Source of the DNA: Thermoproteus sp.
Lineage (GTDB): Archaea > Thermoproteota > Thermoprotei > Thermoproteales > Thermoproteaceae
Direction: 5' to 3'
DNA length: 64,000 bases
Assembly (NCBI GenBank): GCA_049976425.1
Contig: JBMFIG010000001.1
Span: 64,001-128,000 of the forward strand
Each line of letters opens with the position of its first letter. Positions within the stretch are counted from its first letter, which is position 1. Positions 9,209 to 19,215 of the stretch are shown piece by piece. The translations under genes and the position numbers were made by a program. The notes under the pieces were generated by a model, which did not search any database, was not told the DNA's origin, and worked only from the letters and a program-made list of their open reading frames with translations.

Positions 9209-10557
9209 GACACCCCCCTACGCCTCCTCCTAGACATGTCGACCTCCCTCGTCCTCGCGGTTACCACCTCGTAGATCTTGGCCTTGTGGGGCTTAAGCCT
9301 TAAGGCCCTTCCTATCCTCTGTATATACTGTCTGCTGGAGGACGTGCCTCCGAGTATCACCACCACGTCGACGTCGGGCACGTCTACCCCCTCGTCGAGC
9401 ACTCTGCCTGTGACCAGCGCCCTCACCTCGCCTCTCCTGAACATCTCCATGACCAGTTCACGCTCTTGGTCGGGCATGTCGTACGTCACCTCCGGTATCA
9501 GATAGCGTCGGGACACCTCCCGGGCCAGCGCAGTGTATTCCGTGAAGATGAGGATCTTGCCGTCCGGGTGCTTCTTCAGTATGTCGGCGACGGCGTCTAC
9601 CTTGCCCTTGCTCTCGAACAAGATCCTCCTCATCTCGTGCCAAGCCTCCAAGGCGCGGCGCGCCTCCGCGCTTCTGCCAGCCAACACGACGAGCTTGCCG
9701 AAGTCGGAGGGCGACTTGAACCTAAGACCCTTAGCCCTTATATAGTCTTTGTATATCTTCTCCAGCTCCTTGTACCGCCTCATCTCCTCCTCGGAGAGCC
9801 CTACCTTCACTACCTCCACGTCGAACTCAGCTAGATACTTGCCGGCCGCCTCCGAGATAGCCATCTTGTAAACCACGGGGCCCACAAGCTCGGGCAAAAA
9901 TAGATGCAGATCGTCGGCTCTTTCCGGCGTGGCTGTCAGGCCCAGCCTATAGGGAGCCGGCGAGAGCTCCGCTATCTGTCTGTAGGACTCGGAGGGGAGG
10001 TGGTGGACCTCGTCGAGCACGAGGAGGGGGTACCTATTGCCTAAATGTTCCACTGCCACGTAGGCCGAGTCGTAGGTGGTCACGGTTATGCAGAGCTCTC
10101 TCTTCTCCTCGCCGTACCAGACGCCCACGCGCCCCGGGAAGTACTCTGAGAGCCTCCTCTCCCACTGCCTCAAGAGCTCTATGGTCGGCACGACCACCAG
10201 CGCCGACTGCCCCAGCCTGGCTATCGCCTCTATCGCCACGTAGGTCTTCCCGGCGCCTGTGGGCATGACGACCACGCCTCTCTTGCTCCTCAGCCAATTG
10301 CCCAACGCCTCCTCTTGGTACGGCCTCAAGACCGGCCTCCTCGCCGCCTCGACCGACCTACATACGGGCGACAGCACGCCGTCCTCATACCTAACCCCCA
10401 ACGAGTCCAACACAGCCTTGATCTTGTAGTAGTACATGCCGAGAGCTCTATATTTACCCACTCTGTTGTCGAATTTTATAAACGAGAGGGATCTGACTTG
10501 CGCCGGCACGTCTCCCGACAACACCACGGTGCCTCTGTCCCAGACCAAGTATAGCAC
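9205..10557 (-). CDS. xpb: XPB/Rad25 SF2 helicase
   Basis: LRPYQ, MPTGAGKT, DEVH, LGLTATPER, LDEGVDVP, QRIGR; likely GTG start at 10557. Confidence 0.9.
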   Translation of the reverse strand: MLYLVWDRGTVVLSGDVPAQVRSLSFIKFDNRVGKYRALGMYYYKIKAVLDSLGVRYEDGVLSPVCRSVEAARRPVLRPYQEEALGNWLRSKRGVVVMPTGAGKTYVAIEAIARLGQSALVVVPTIELLRQWERRLSEYFPGRVGVWYGEEKRELCITVTTYDSAYVAVEHLGNRYPLLVLDEVHHLPSESYRQIAELSPAPYRLGLTATPERADDLHLFLPELVGPVVYKMAISEAAGKYLAEFDVEVVKVGLSEEEMRRYKELEKIYKDYIRAKGLRFKSPSDFGKLVVLAGRSAEARRALEAWHEMRRILFESKGKVDAVADILKKHPDGKILIFTEYTALAREVSRRYLIPEVTYDMPDQERELVMEMFRRGEVRALVTGRVLDEGVDVPDVDVVVILGGTSSSRQYIQRIGRALRLKPHKAKIYEVVTARTREVDMSRRRRRGVS

Positions 10558-10650
10558 GTCCTTTACATAGTGCCCTATATATAGGGCTTCCGCCCGGCGC
10601 CCGCCCCAGCGCGGGGCTATAAATACCCCAGTATAGGGCTTGATGTGAAG

Positions 10651-11097
10651 ATGCAGTTCAAGAACGTCGTGCTCGGCGGGACCTTCGACACGCTCCACTC
10701 GGGCCACGTGAAGTTGCTTGCCACGGCCTCGCTGATAGGGGAGGAGATCTTGATAGGTCTTACCAGCGACTCGTTCGCCTCCACGTACAAACAGTACAAC
10801 GTAAAGCCCTTCGCAGTGAGGCTGGCGAACCTAAAGTCGCTCATGAGCTTGATCGCGCCCGAGAGGAAAATAGAATATGCCGCGATAAACGACCCCTACG
10901 GGCCCGCAGTGACGAGGCCGGATCTTGAGGCCATCGTGGTCAGCAGAGAGACCTTGCCCAGAGGCCTCCAGATAAACGACGAGAGGGTCAAGAGAGGCCT
11001 TAGGCCTATGGACGTCGTGATGATAACCACGGTGAAGGACGGCTACGGCAACATCCTATCCTCCACGTTCATAAGAAGGGTGCTCGGCATCAAGTGA
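10651..11097 (+). CDS. coaD: Phosphopantetheine adenylyltransferase (archaeal/eukaryotic type)
   Basis: GGTFDTLHSGH, DPYGP, IVVSRET, LSSTFIR. Confidence 0.9.
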   Translation: MQFKNVVLGGTFDTLHSGHVKLLATASLIGEEILIGLTSDSFASTYKQYNVKPFAVRLANLKSLMSLIAPERKIEYAAINDPYGPAVTRPDLEAIVVSRETLPRGLQINDERVKRGLRPMDVVMITTVKDGYGNILSSTFIRRVLGIK

Positions 11098-12406
11098 GCT
11101 TGAGCGAGGCCAGCTCTCTATAGACATCGAGCGCTCTGTCGCAGTCCCCGACGCAGAGGGTCGGGCCTCCCAGCAGATCTATCCTGGCGTAGTCGGCGGC
11201 CTCCCTCCTCAAGAAGTCGAAGACGTTTACGTATATTATATCGCTGTGGTTGAAGTCCTTAAACACCACGAGGTAGTTGTAGGCGACCGACCACGCGTCG
11301 TAGGGATCAGGCCTGGCCCTAACTCCGTACTGGAGCAGATCTATCCTCGGAGGCTTCGGCTCGATTCTGGCGAGCCTCTTGGCTATCTCAGCGGCGAAGC
11401 CGACGGCGGCATCGTCGACGCCGTCGTCGAGGGGGCTGTGGTAGACGTTCCATATATCTTCCAAGGAGGATATGGTGACCGCGGGGAGGCCCGCCGTCTC
11501 GTAGTGGAGCGAGTCGAAGTCGGCGTGCGGGCGGTCGACGGGGAGAAGCCCCCTGACGGCCTCCTCCATGTAGGGCATGACATACGCCTTCGGGGATCCG
11601 CGGCCGATCACGTCTAGGTTTATCAACAGCTTGGGCCGCCATCTGCTGAAGTAGGCGAGGGAGCCCCACGCCCAGTAGAGCGAGGGCACGTGGGGACCCA
11701 CGCCCTCCTCGGCCGTGAAGAGGCCGAGGGCTATGGGGTAGTCCTCCGCCACCAGCTCAAGAAACGCCATGATTGCGGCCTCTACGCCTCCGCAGTTGTC
11801 GGCGGCGCCGGCAAGCCAGTGGTCGTAGTGGGCGGATATCATTGGCGTGTCCTCGAAGGAGTTCATGGCGATGACGTTGTAGCTGAAGGCCGTCTTGGCC
11901 TCCACGTCTATGTTCAGCAAGGCTCTCCTGCCTAGAGCTCTTCCGATCTCCGACGGGGCGCTGGCCGCAGGTATGGGCGGAGGGGCTGCGTCGTACTTGA
12001 AGCCGAGCTCGTCGGTGACAACGATCCTCCTCAGAGGGTCGCCGTAAAGCACGAGAGCCGAGGCGCCGCGCCTAGCCGCCTTTATCAAGAGATACTTGGC
12101 GTCGTTGACGTCTTGCGGAAACGGCGCAAGCGCGATGTTGCCCTCGACGTCGCCGTCGAGCTCCACTAGCCTGCCCTCGTATGTGCCCGGCCTCGAGTAG
12201 GGCATCGCCAAAATCTGGTGCCTCTTCCCGTCGACCTCGATGCTCGAGCCGCGGTCTCTCCAGTACAGCACCTCCACCGGCGAGAGGTGTAGCCATATAT
12301 GGGGTATGTCGAGAGCCGATGCGATGAAGTCCAAGAAATCCCTCTCCTCAGGAGATCCGGCCACTAGATCTCTATACTCCATGCATCTCTCGGCTAGATC
12401 CCCCAC
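11090..12406 (-). CDS. M28 family aminopeptidase with PA domain
   Basis: SAHYDHW, GAADNCGGV, FTAEE, NLDVIG, YHSPLD; GTG start at 12406 about 25 nt behind a TATA. Confidence 0.85.
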   Translation of the reverse strand: MGDLAERCMEYRDLVAGSPEERDFLDFIASALDIPHIWLHLSPVEVLYWRDRGSSIEVDGKRHQILAMPYSRPGTYEGRLVELDGDVEGNIALAPFPQDVNDAKYLLIKAARRGASALVLYGDPLRRIVVTDELGFKYDAAPPPIPAASAPSEIGRALGRRALLNIDVEAKTAFSYNVIAMNSFEDTPMISAHYDHWLAGAADNCGGVEAAIMAFLELVAEDYPIALGLFTAEEGVGPHVPSLYWAWGSLAYFSRWRPKLLINLDVIGRGSPKAYVMPYMEEAVRGLLPVDRPHADFDSLHYETAGLPAVTISSLEDIWNVYHSPLDDGVDDAAVGFAAEIAKRLARIEPKPPRIDLLQYGVRARPDPYDAWSVAYNYLVVFKDFNHSDIIYVNVFDFLRREAADYARIDLLGGPTLCVGDCDRALDVYRELASLKLT

Positions 12407-12496
12407 AGAACTATTGGAGAGAACCCTTTTTATAGTAAGCAAGGGGGCAGGGGGAGGAGGCCGGAAGATTTAAAAGAGCGGGTATCGGTTATCTTA

Positions 12497-12560
12497 GGCG
12501 AGAGGGCTGATCGTTGACGACATGAACCCGGTATGATCGGTGACGAGCCCGCCTATTTGA
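12497..12560 (+). ncRNA. Candidate C/D-box or K-turn small RNA
   Basis: TATA TTTAAAA at about 12469; CTGA 12507-10, TTGACGA 12514-20, ATGA 12533-36, GTGACGA 12540-46, TTGA 12557-60; GGGCT/AGCCC closing stem. Confidence 0.4.
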
Positions 12561-13377
12561 AATGTCTGCTTATCGCCTCCCAATCGTCCCTGCTTAGGCG
12601 CCAGCCCATGGCGCCTGCGTTCTCTCTGACGTGGTCCTTGTTGCCGGCCTTGGGAATCGGCACGACGGTCCCCAGCCCGATATACCAGTTAAGCGCAACT
12701 TGTACAGCCGTCTTGCCGTACTTCCTTCCTATCTCGGATAGGAGTTGGTCGTGTGCCAGAACGCCTTTCTCTATCGGCGTGTAGGCTAGGTACAACAAAC
12801 CTTCCCTCTCGGCGTACGGTATGACCGAGCGCTCGTCTGCTCTGTACTTCAAGCTGTATCTGTTCTCCACGGCGGCTACATCGTACTTCTTGGCGCAGCT
12901 CCTCGCCTCCTCTATCCCCTTCACGTTGAAGTTGCTGAGTCCCCAGAACCTCGCGTACCCTTTATCGATCGCCTCCTCAAAGGCCTTCACCGTCTCGCAT
13001 ATGGGCACCGAGTCGCTCGGCCAGTGGAGCAGTACCAGGTCGGCGTAGGTGCCGAGCCTCCTGACGCTGGCCTCGACGGACCTCAACGCGTCGTCGTATT
13101 TGGCGTGGTTGGGCCACACCTTGGTCACTATGAACAGCTCATCTCTCTTGAAGCCTTTGGCCGCCCGCCCCACCAGCTCCTCGCTGTGGCCTCCGCCGTA
13201 CATCTCCGCGGTGTCGATGAGCGTCATGCCGAGCTCGATGCCGAGCTTGAGGGCCTCGACCCAGCCCTCGTCGTTGCTGTAGTCGGCGGTCCAGAAGCCT
13301 CCTCCCATGCCCCAAGTGCCCATCCCCACCGCCGAGACGCATCCGACGGACTTCACGCACTTGACGTCCCTGGCCAT
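12553..13377 (-). CDS. Aldo/keto reductase
   Basis: GMGTWGMG, IDTAEMYG, LLHWP, GLSNF, IPKA. Confidence 0.92.
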   Translation of the reverse strand: MARDVKCVKSVGCVSAVGMGTWGMGGGFWTADYSNDEGWVEALKLGIELGMTLIDTAEMYGGGHSEELVGRAAKGFKRDELFIVTKVWPNHAKYDDALRSVEASVRRLGTYADLVLLHWPSDSVPICETVKAFEEAIDKGYARFWGLSNFNVKGIEEARSCAKKYDVAAVENRYSLKYRADERSVIPYAEREGLLYLAYTPIEKGVLAHDQLLSEIGRKYGKTAVQVALNWYIGLGTVVPIPKAGNKDHVRENAGAMGWRLSRDDWEAISRHFK

Positions 13378-13404
13378 AACGTCCTCGATCCCCGTAAATA
13401 AAAA

Positions 13405-14211
13405 CTAAGCGGACGCCAGGACGACGCCCGCCAGCACTAAGGCGAATCCAGCCCCCGAGCGCGCGTCCAGCTTCTCCCCCAACTTCCAGTACGTGATCGC
13501 TTGGGTTAGGGCAGGCGAAAGCGCCGTCAGTATCGTCGGCACCGCCACGCCTATATAGTACGTGGATAGTATAAACAGAGGACCGCCCACGCCGTAGCTG
13601 AGGATGCCGGCTATGAATATTCTGGGGCTGATCCTCGGCCTCCGCCGCCTGACTGCCTCCAGCACCCCCGTAGCCAGGAACAGGACCAGTGCTCTGACGA
13701 AGGTGAAGCTCCAGGGATCTACCGAGGACGTCGCGGCTCCTAGAGCTAGGAACGAGACCGCGTAGAACACGGCGGAGAGAAGCGCGAGGGCGAACCCCTT
13801 CGCGGACCCCCTCCTCGCCCTCATTATTAGGTAGAGCCCGGCCATCGCCAGCGAGCTCGCGGCTATGTACCGCCCCGATATGCCCTCGAACGGCGCCGCC
13901 AGCACGGGGACCAACACTATATAGGCGTAGGAGACCAGGTTGGCGAGGCCCACCTCTGCGTACCTAAGCGAGAGGAGATATACGTAGGTGCCTAGGACTG
14001 GGCCGAATATGGAGAACGCGGCACCGTAGAGCCAAGCTTGGGGCGATAGGTTCAGTCCCAACACGGCCAGCGGAATCGCCGACAGCGTCGTGGCGAGAGC
14101 TATCGAGAATAGGTCGTCGAGGGCGCTCTCAGTCGCTCCCGTCTTGTAGAGGAAGGGGCCTATCGCCCACAAGACAGACGCCGCAACCGCCAGAGCTATT
14201 CCCAGCCACAT
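13405..14211 (-). CDS. EamA/DMT family transporter
   Basis: About 10 TM helices in two repeats; C-terminal LGEKL motif. Confidence 0.8.
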   Translation of the reverse strand: MWLGIALAVAASVLWAIGPFLYKTGATESALDDLFSIALATTLSAIPLAVLGLNLSPQAWLYGAAFSIFGPVLGTYVYLLSLRYAEVGLANLVSYAYIVLVPVLAAPFEGISGRYIAASSLAMAGLYLIMRARRGSAKGFALALLSAVFYAVSFLALGAATSSVDPWSFTFVRALVLFLATGVLEAVRRRRPRISPRIFIAGILSYGVGGPLFILSTYYIGVAVPTILTALSPALTQAITYWKLGEKLDARSGAGFALVLAGVVLASA

Positions 14212-14774
14212 ACCGCCGTCATATCTCTTTTGTTGTCTACGTCTATCAAGATCCCTGGGTCGTCCACCTCGACCCCTATGGACTTAGACGCGCCCATTAT
14301 GGCCCGGATCCCCATATCGCCTTGTATATCGAGGACCTTAGGGAGCACCGAGCGGCGTATTAGGACCGGGTTCCCTCTCACGCCTCGGTAGGTGGGGTAT
14401 ACTATATCTGCCGCATCGCCGTGGGCTAGAAGCCTTCTGTAGGTGTCGGGCCTCACGAGCGGCATATCGCCGAGCGCGATTATATATCGCTCGAAAAACG
14501 GCGCGGAGATCAGAGCCGCCTTGAGGCTCGTGCTTAGACCCAGTCCATACCAGGGGTTGTAGACGAAGGCCACGTGGAGCCCCCTCCGCTCTATAGCCGT
14601 GCGGACGGCCTCGGCGTTGTGGCCCACCACGACGTAGACGGGGCCTACGCCGGCCGACGCCGCCGATCTAACCGATCTGACGACCACAGGCTCGCCGCAG
14701 ACATCCGCGAGCAACTTAAATCCGTCGAATCTTCTGGACTCGCCCGCCGCAAGCACCACCACCGCCGTGTTCAT
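14196..14774 (-). CDS. MocA/MobA-like nucleotidyltransferase
   Basis: LAAGESRRF, GLSTSL, LGDMP, RGNPV, DVD. Confidence 0.85.
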   Translation of the reverse strand: MNTAVVVLAAGESRRFDGFKLLADVCGEPVVVRSVRSAASAGVGPVYVVVGHNAEAVRTAIERRGLHVAFVYNPWYGLGLSTSLKAALISAPFFERYIIALGDMPLVRPDTYRRLLAHGDAADIVYPTYRGVRGNPVLIRRSVLPKVLDIQGDMGIRAIMGASKSIGVEVDDPGILIDVDNKRDMTAVCGWE

Positions 14775-15188
14775 TCAGACGAGCTCCTGCAGGTTTGCCG
14801 TTACCTTCTCGACGATAGATCTCGCGGCGGCGTCGACTATCGGTTTCCCAAGCGCCGAGATGAGGCCCCGCGCGTTTCCTTGGAAGATCCACCTCACTTC
14901 AGAGCCTTCTCTGAAGAAGCTTATGGTGAAGTCGACGACGCTCTGAAGACCGCTGGCGGTCCCCACGACGGTTGCCCTGTCTTCCTGTGCCTCCGAGTAT
15001 CTGAACTTGACGTCCATGGTGCCCTTAAGGCTCCCGACGCCTATAGACATCTTGGCTCTGTACCACTCCCCCTCCTTCGTCACGGCGGTCACGCCGGGGA
15101 AGGCCTTGCCGACGGCCTCGGGATCCAGCAACTTGCCGAAGTTCGAGGGATCCCTTAGCCTGAGCCTGCCTTCATACCTCAGCTCCAT
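14775..15188 (-). CDS. CoxG/SRPBCC family protein
   Basis: LLDPEAVGKAFPG and G.ISALG..IVD.AA motifs; ATG at 15188; beside mocA-like gene. Confidence 0.8.
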   Translation of the reverse strand: MELRYEGRLRLRDPSNFGKLLDPEAVGKAFPGVTAVTKEGEWYRAKMSIGVGSLKGTMDVKFRYSEAQEDRATVVGTASGLQSVVDFTISFFREGSEVRWIFQGNARGLISALGKPIVDAAARSIVEKVTANLQELV

Positions 15189-15266
15189 GGCAGTCGCTTG
15201 GCGGGCTAAATATATGCTAACGGCTTGCGTGCGGCGGACGATTAATATATAGGGTCTATATCTGCT

Positions 15267-16970
15267 ATGGGGGTCAAAATAAAGATAAGGTCGTCCAAGT
15301 GGTATGAAGGCCTCGACAACGCCTCCCACAGATCGTACCTCAGGGCTGTAGGCTTCTCGGACGAGGACTTCTCGAAGCCTCTGATGGCCGTGGTGGCGGC
15401 TTGGAGCGAGATAGGGCCTTGCAACTACCACACCCTAGAGCTTGCTAAATATGTCAAGGAGGGCGTGAAGGAGGCCGGCGGCGTTGCCTTGACGGCGCCG
15501 ACCATAGTGGTGAACGACGGCATAAACATGGGGACTCCCGGCATGAGGTACTCGCTCATAAGCAGAGACCTGATAGCGGACAGCATAGAGGCCCAGCTGA
15601 ACTCCCACGGGGTGGACGGGTGGGTGGGGATAGGCGGGTGCGACAAGACCCAGCCGGGCATAATGATGGCCATGGTGAGGCTGAACCTGCCCGCCGTATA
15701 TCTATACGGAGGATCGGCCGAGGCGGGCTGGCTGGGCGAGCAAGAGCTCACGGTCGAGGACGTCTTCGAGGCCGTCGGCGCTGTGTCGGCCGGCAAGATG
15801 ACCGAGGAGGATCTGAGGCGGTACGAGTACGAGGTCTTCCCGACCTACGGCACCTGCCAAGGCCTCTTCACAGCCAACACCATGGCCATGTTGGGGGAGG
15901 CCCTCGGCCTCTCCCTACTGGGCTCCGCATCGCCGCCAGCTACCACGGGCAGGCGGAGGGCCTATGCGGTGGAGTCCGGCAGGACTTTGTTGAGGGTTGC
16001 GGAGCTCGGCATAAGGCCTAGGCATATCGTGACCTACGACGCTATATACAACGCGGCCGTCACGCTGTTCGCCACGGCGGGCTCCACAAACGCCATACTG
16101 CACTTGCTGGCCATAGCCCACGAGGCGGGGGTGAGCTTCACGCTTAAGGACTTCGACGAGATCAGCAAGAAGGTGCCCGTGATAGCGGCTCTGAGGCCTG
16201 CCGGGCCCTACGCCATGCAGGATCTCGACAGAATAGGCGGGGTGCCGCGCATACTGAAGAAATTATACAAGGCAGGTCTGCTGAGGCCTGAGGCAGTGAC
16301 GGTGGAAGGCGAGCCTCTGGGCAAACTTCTGGACAGATGGCAACCGCCGGCGGTGCCCGAGTCGGGCATTCTGTACGACGTAGAGAGGCCGTATAAGCCC
16401 TACTCGGGCATAAGGATACTCTGGGGCAACTTGGCCCCCAACGGGGCCGTGATGAAGATCGGGGCTGCCGGCGCCTTGAGGTTCGAGGGGAGGGCTCTGC
16501 CTTTCGACGACGAGGCGGAGGCTTTCAGGGCAGTGGCGCGAGGCGAGGTCAAGCCCGGCCACGTTGTGGTGATAAGATACGTGGGCCCCAAGGGCGCTCC
16601 GGGCATGCCGGAGATGCTTAAAGTGACGGCGGCTATAGTAGGCGCCAGGTTGGGCGAATCCGTCGCGTTGGTGACAGACGGCCGCTTCTCCGGAGCCACA
16701 AGGGGCATAATGGTGGGCCACGTGGCGCCGGAGGCCGCCGTGGGAGGGCCGATAGCCCTCGTCCAACAAGGCGACAGGATCGTGATAGACGGAGAGGCCG
16801 GCCTGCTCAAGCTAGACGTACCCGACGAGGAGCTCGAGCGCCGCAGGAAGTCGTGGAGTCCGCCTAGGCCGAACTACGCCGGCGGTCTCCTGGCCAAATA
16901 CGCCGCGTTGGTGCAACAAGCCGATAGAGGCGCGGTGACGACCCCCTCGCCGCTGTACGTCGACTATTGA
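15267..16970 (+). CDS. ilvD: Dihydroxy-acid dehydratase
   Basis: [46 protein letters not shown]. Confidence 0.95.
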   Translation: MGVKIKIRSSKWYEGLDNASHRSYLRAVGFSDEDFSKPLMAVVAAWSEIGPCNYHTLELAKYVKEGVKEAGGVALTAPTIVVNDGINMGTPGMRYSLISRDLIADSIEAQLNSHGVDGWVGIGGCDKTQPGIMMAMVRLNLPAVYLYGGSAEAGWLGEQELTVEDVFEAVGAVSAGKMTEEDLRRYEYEVFPTYGTCQGLFTANTMAMLGEALGLSLLGSASPPATTGRRRAYAVESGRTLLRVAELGIRPRHIVTYDAIYNAAVTLFATAGSTNAILHLLAIAHEAGVSFTLKDFDEISKKVPVIAALRPAGPYAMQDLDRIGGVPRILKKLYKAGLLRPEAVTVEGEPLGKLLDRWQPPAVPESGILYDVERPYKPYSGIRILWGNLAPNGAVMKIGAAGALRFEGRALPFDDEAEAFRAVARGEVKPGHVVVIRYVGPKGAPGMPEMLKVTAAIVGARLGESVALVTDGRFSGATRGIMVGHVAPEAAVGGPIALVQQGDRIVIDGEAGLLKLDVPDEELERRRKSWSPPRPNYAGGLLAKYAALVQQADRGAVTTPSPLYVDY

Positions 16971-17063
16971 GCCGGCCGTCGGTCTTCGGTCTGTGTAGCG
17001 CGTTTCTAACTGCGGCTACCGTCTACCCACGTTGCGTTATATAGGGGCTGTTTTACTTGATAT

Positions 17064-17996
17064 GTGATCTCGGCCGTCGAGCTTATCGGCGGTATAGCCT
17101 TAACTATCGTGGCTGGGTTGCTGGTTGAGCAACTTGTTTACTACTTCAGCGCGAGGACTGGGCGCTCCACCGCGGGCGTGGCCATGATAGTGGCGCCGGT
17201 CATAACGTCGAGTCCCGAGCTGGCGGTCTTCTTAATAGCGCTACTGCAAGGCAAGGCCGACGTGGCTTGGGGCTCCATCGTGGCCCAGCCCTTCATGGCC
17301 TCCACCATTATATACCCCGTCGTCATCGCCGTAGCCGCGATCTTCTGGGCGTTGAGGAGGAGATCCACGCCTGTGCCTCACGTACATAGACGCGTGGCGT
17401 TGCCGCTTTTGGTCTTCACGATTCCGCTGGTGCCTATATTGTTCTTGCACCCGGAGAGGTACGGCATATACGGCAGGCTGTACGGGACGCTTATCCTCGC
17501 GGCGTATTTCGTATACGCCGGACGCGCGTTGGGCGGAAAGGCCAAGGCGGGCGAGAGCCCGCGCCTCTATCTTAGAAACCCCGTCTTGCAGACGGCCGCC
17601 TCGTTGGCGGCCATGTATCTGGGCGGCGAGTGGCTCGTCGGAGGCATAACGGGGCTGGGGGCCTCGCTGGGTCTGGACGAGACGGCGTTGGCCGTGGTGC
17701 TCGTGCCCGTGGCGACCGTCCTGCCCGAGTCGGTAACAGGGCTCGTCTTTGTGGCGAGAGGGAAGGACGACGAGGGCATCGGCGTCATAGTCGGCGAGAA
17801 GGCTCTCTACGGCACGCTCTATCCCGGCCTGGCTATGGCCTTGGGCATCTACACGCTTGAGCCTGCGGCAGCCACGGCGTTGATGATAGCGGTGGCGATT
17901 TCCTTATTGGAGGCCGCCGCCGTGTGGCGCGGCTACTTCGGCCTGACGGCCCCGCTGGGACTAGCCGGCTATGTCTGGTACCTACATCACCTCTAG
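17064..17996 (+). CDS. Na+/Ca2+ exchanger (CaCA) family membrane protein
   Basis: Two alpha-repeat-like motifs TSSPE and TVLPE in a multi-TM protein. Confidence 0.7.
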   Translation: MISAVELIGGIALTIVAGLLVEQLVYYFSARTGRSTAGVAMIVAPVITSSPELAVFLIALLQGKADVAWGSIVAQPFMASTIIYPVVIAVAAIFWALRRRSTPVPHVHRRVALPLLVFTIPLVPILFLHPERYGIYGRLYGTLILAAYFVYAGRALGGKAKAGESPRLYLRNPVLQTAASLAAMYLGGEWLVGGITGLGASLGLDETALAVVLVPVATVLPESVTGLVFVARGKDDEGIGVIVGEKALYGTLYPGLAMALGIYTLEPAAATALMIAVAISLLEAAAVWRGYFGLTAPLGLAGYVWYLHHL

Positions 17997-19215
17997 GATA
18001 GTTAAGGCCATACTCTCCGCGGCCGATCTGAGCAAGGCGGTCGCGGCCAAGGCCGGCAACCTCGGCGAGGTCAGGGCGGTGGCTGTGGGCAAGGGCGCGT
18101 TGCCTATGTTGAAGGGGCTGGAGGCCGTGGCCGATATAGTCGACGGCGTGGCCGTGGCGCCGCAAGCCGGCCCGGTCCCGCGCTCGGTCAAGCTCTACGT
18201 GGCGGACCACCCGATACCGACGGAGAGGAGCTTCGAGGCAGGCCGGGCCGTCCTGGATTACGTCGAATCCCTAGGACGCGGCGATACTCTCGTGCTCCTG
18301 GTGTCCGGAGGCGCGTCGAGCCTTATGGAGGCGCCGTTGGTCCCCGAGGAGGATTTCCTGAAGGCGTGGGAGATCTTGCTCAAGAGCGGCATGACGATAC
18401 ACGAGATGAACGCGGTGAGGAAGAGGCTGTCTGCCATCAAGGGAGGGAAACTAGGGCACATCGCGGCGGCGCGGGGGGCCGAGGTGGTCAACCTAATAGC
18501 CAGCGACGTGCCTTGCGACAACCCCTCGGACGTCGGCTCAGGCCCCGGCGTGCCCGACGACACGACGCCGGACGAGGCGTACCTCTACCTAAAGGTGAGA
18601 GGGCTCTGGGGCAGATTGCCGGAGAGCGTGCGCCGCCTTATAGAATCGAGGAGGGGCTCTAGAGACACGCCCTCGAGCTTTCCCCATAGGGCGGCTGTGG
18701 TGGCCCGGAACCTCGACGTCTTGGAGGCGCTCCGCGACGCGGTCGGCGGCCGCGTGGTCACCTCCTGCCTCGTCGGCGAGGCGCGCGACGTGGGCAGGCT
18801 GGCGGCCTATATGGCCAAGGAACTCGGGACCCCTCTGATCCTCGGCGGGGAGCCCTCCGTGACCGTCAAGGGCAGAGGAAGGGGCGGCAGGACGAGCGAG
18901 TTCGCCCTATCCTTCGCCCTGTCCTCGACGGGCGAGCTGGCTGTCTTGGCCCTCGCCACCGACGGCCTCGACGGCAACACAGGCGCGGCGGGGGTGTGGG
19001 CCGACCCCGAGCTCTTGAGGGACATAGCGGCGGCAGGCATGGACGTGGGCCGCCTCTTCGAGGAGAACGACACGTTTAGGCCGTTCGAGGCCACCGGCCG
19101 GGCGATCTACACAGGCCCCACGGGCTCGAACCTGAACCTGGTCTTCTACGTCGATAGGTGGAGCCGCCTTAAAGATCTCCTAGCGGGCGGCCAGATACAG
19201 GAAGGGCAGATATAG
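17971..19215 (+). CDS. Glycerate 2-kinase (MOFRL family)
   Basis: GKGA, HPIP, SGGASSL, KGGKL, SDV, GGE, TDGLDG, TGPTGSN. Confidence 0.9.
   Translation: MSGTYITSRIVKAILSAADLSKAVAAKAGNLGEVRAVAVGKGALPMLKGLEAVADIVDGVAVAPQAGPVPRSVKLYVADHPIPTERSFEAGRAVLDYVESLGRGDTLVLLVSGGASSLMEAPLVPEEDFLKAWEILLKSGMTIHEMNAVRKRLSAIKGGKLGHIAAARGAEVVNLIASDVPCDNPSDVGSGPGVPDDTTPDEAYLYLKVRGLWGRLPESVRRLIESRRGSRDTPSSFPHRAAVVARNLDVLEALRDAVGGRVVTSCLVGEARDVGRLAAYMAKELGTPLILGGEPSVTVKGRGRGGRTSEFALSFALSSTGELAVLALATDGLDGNTGAAGVWADPELLRDIAAAGMDVGRLFEENDTFRPFEATGRAIYTGPTGSNLNLVFYVDRWSRLKDLLAGGQIQEGQI

Noticed and set aside
8075-10557. Helicase + nuclease pair as a novel defence system
   Set aside because: It is the established archaeal XPB-Bax1 pair
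10558-10707. N-terminal extension of XPB in the ORF track (similar over-extensions on CoxG, PFK, IorB, TRIC, aKMT)
   Set aside because: Runs through divergent TATA boxes or into neighbouring genes; downstream starts fit the motifs and promoters better
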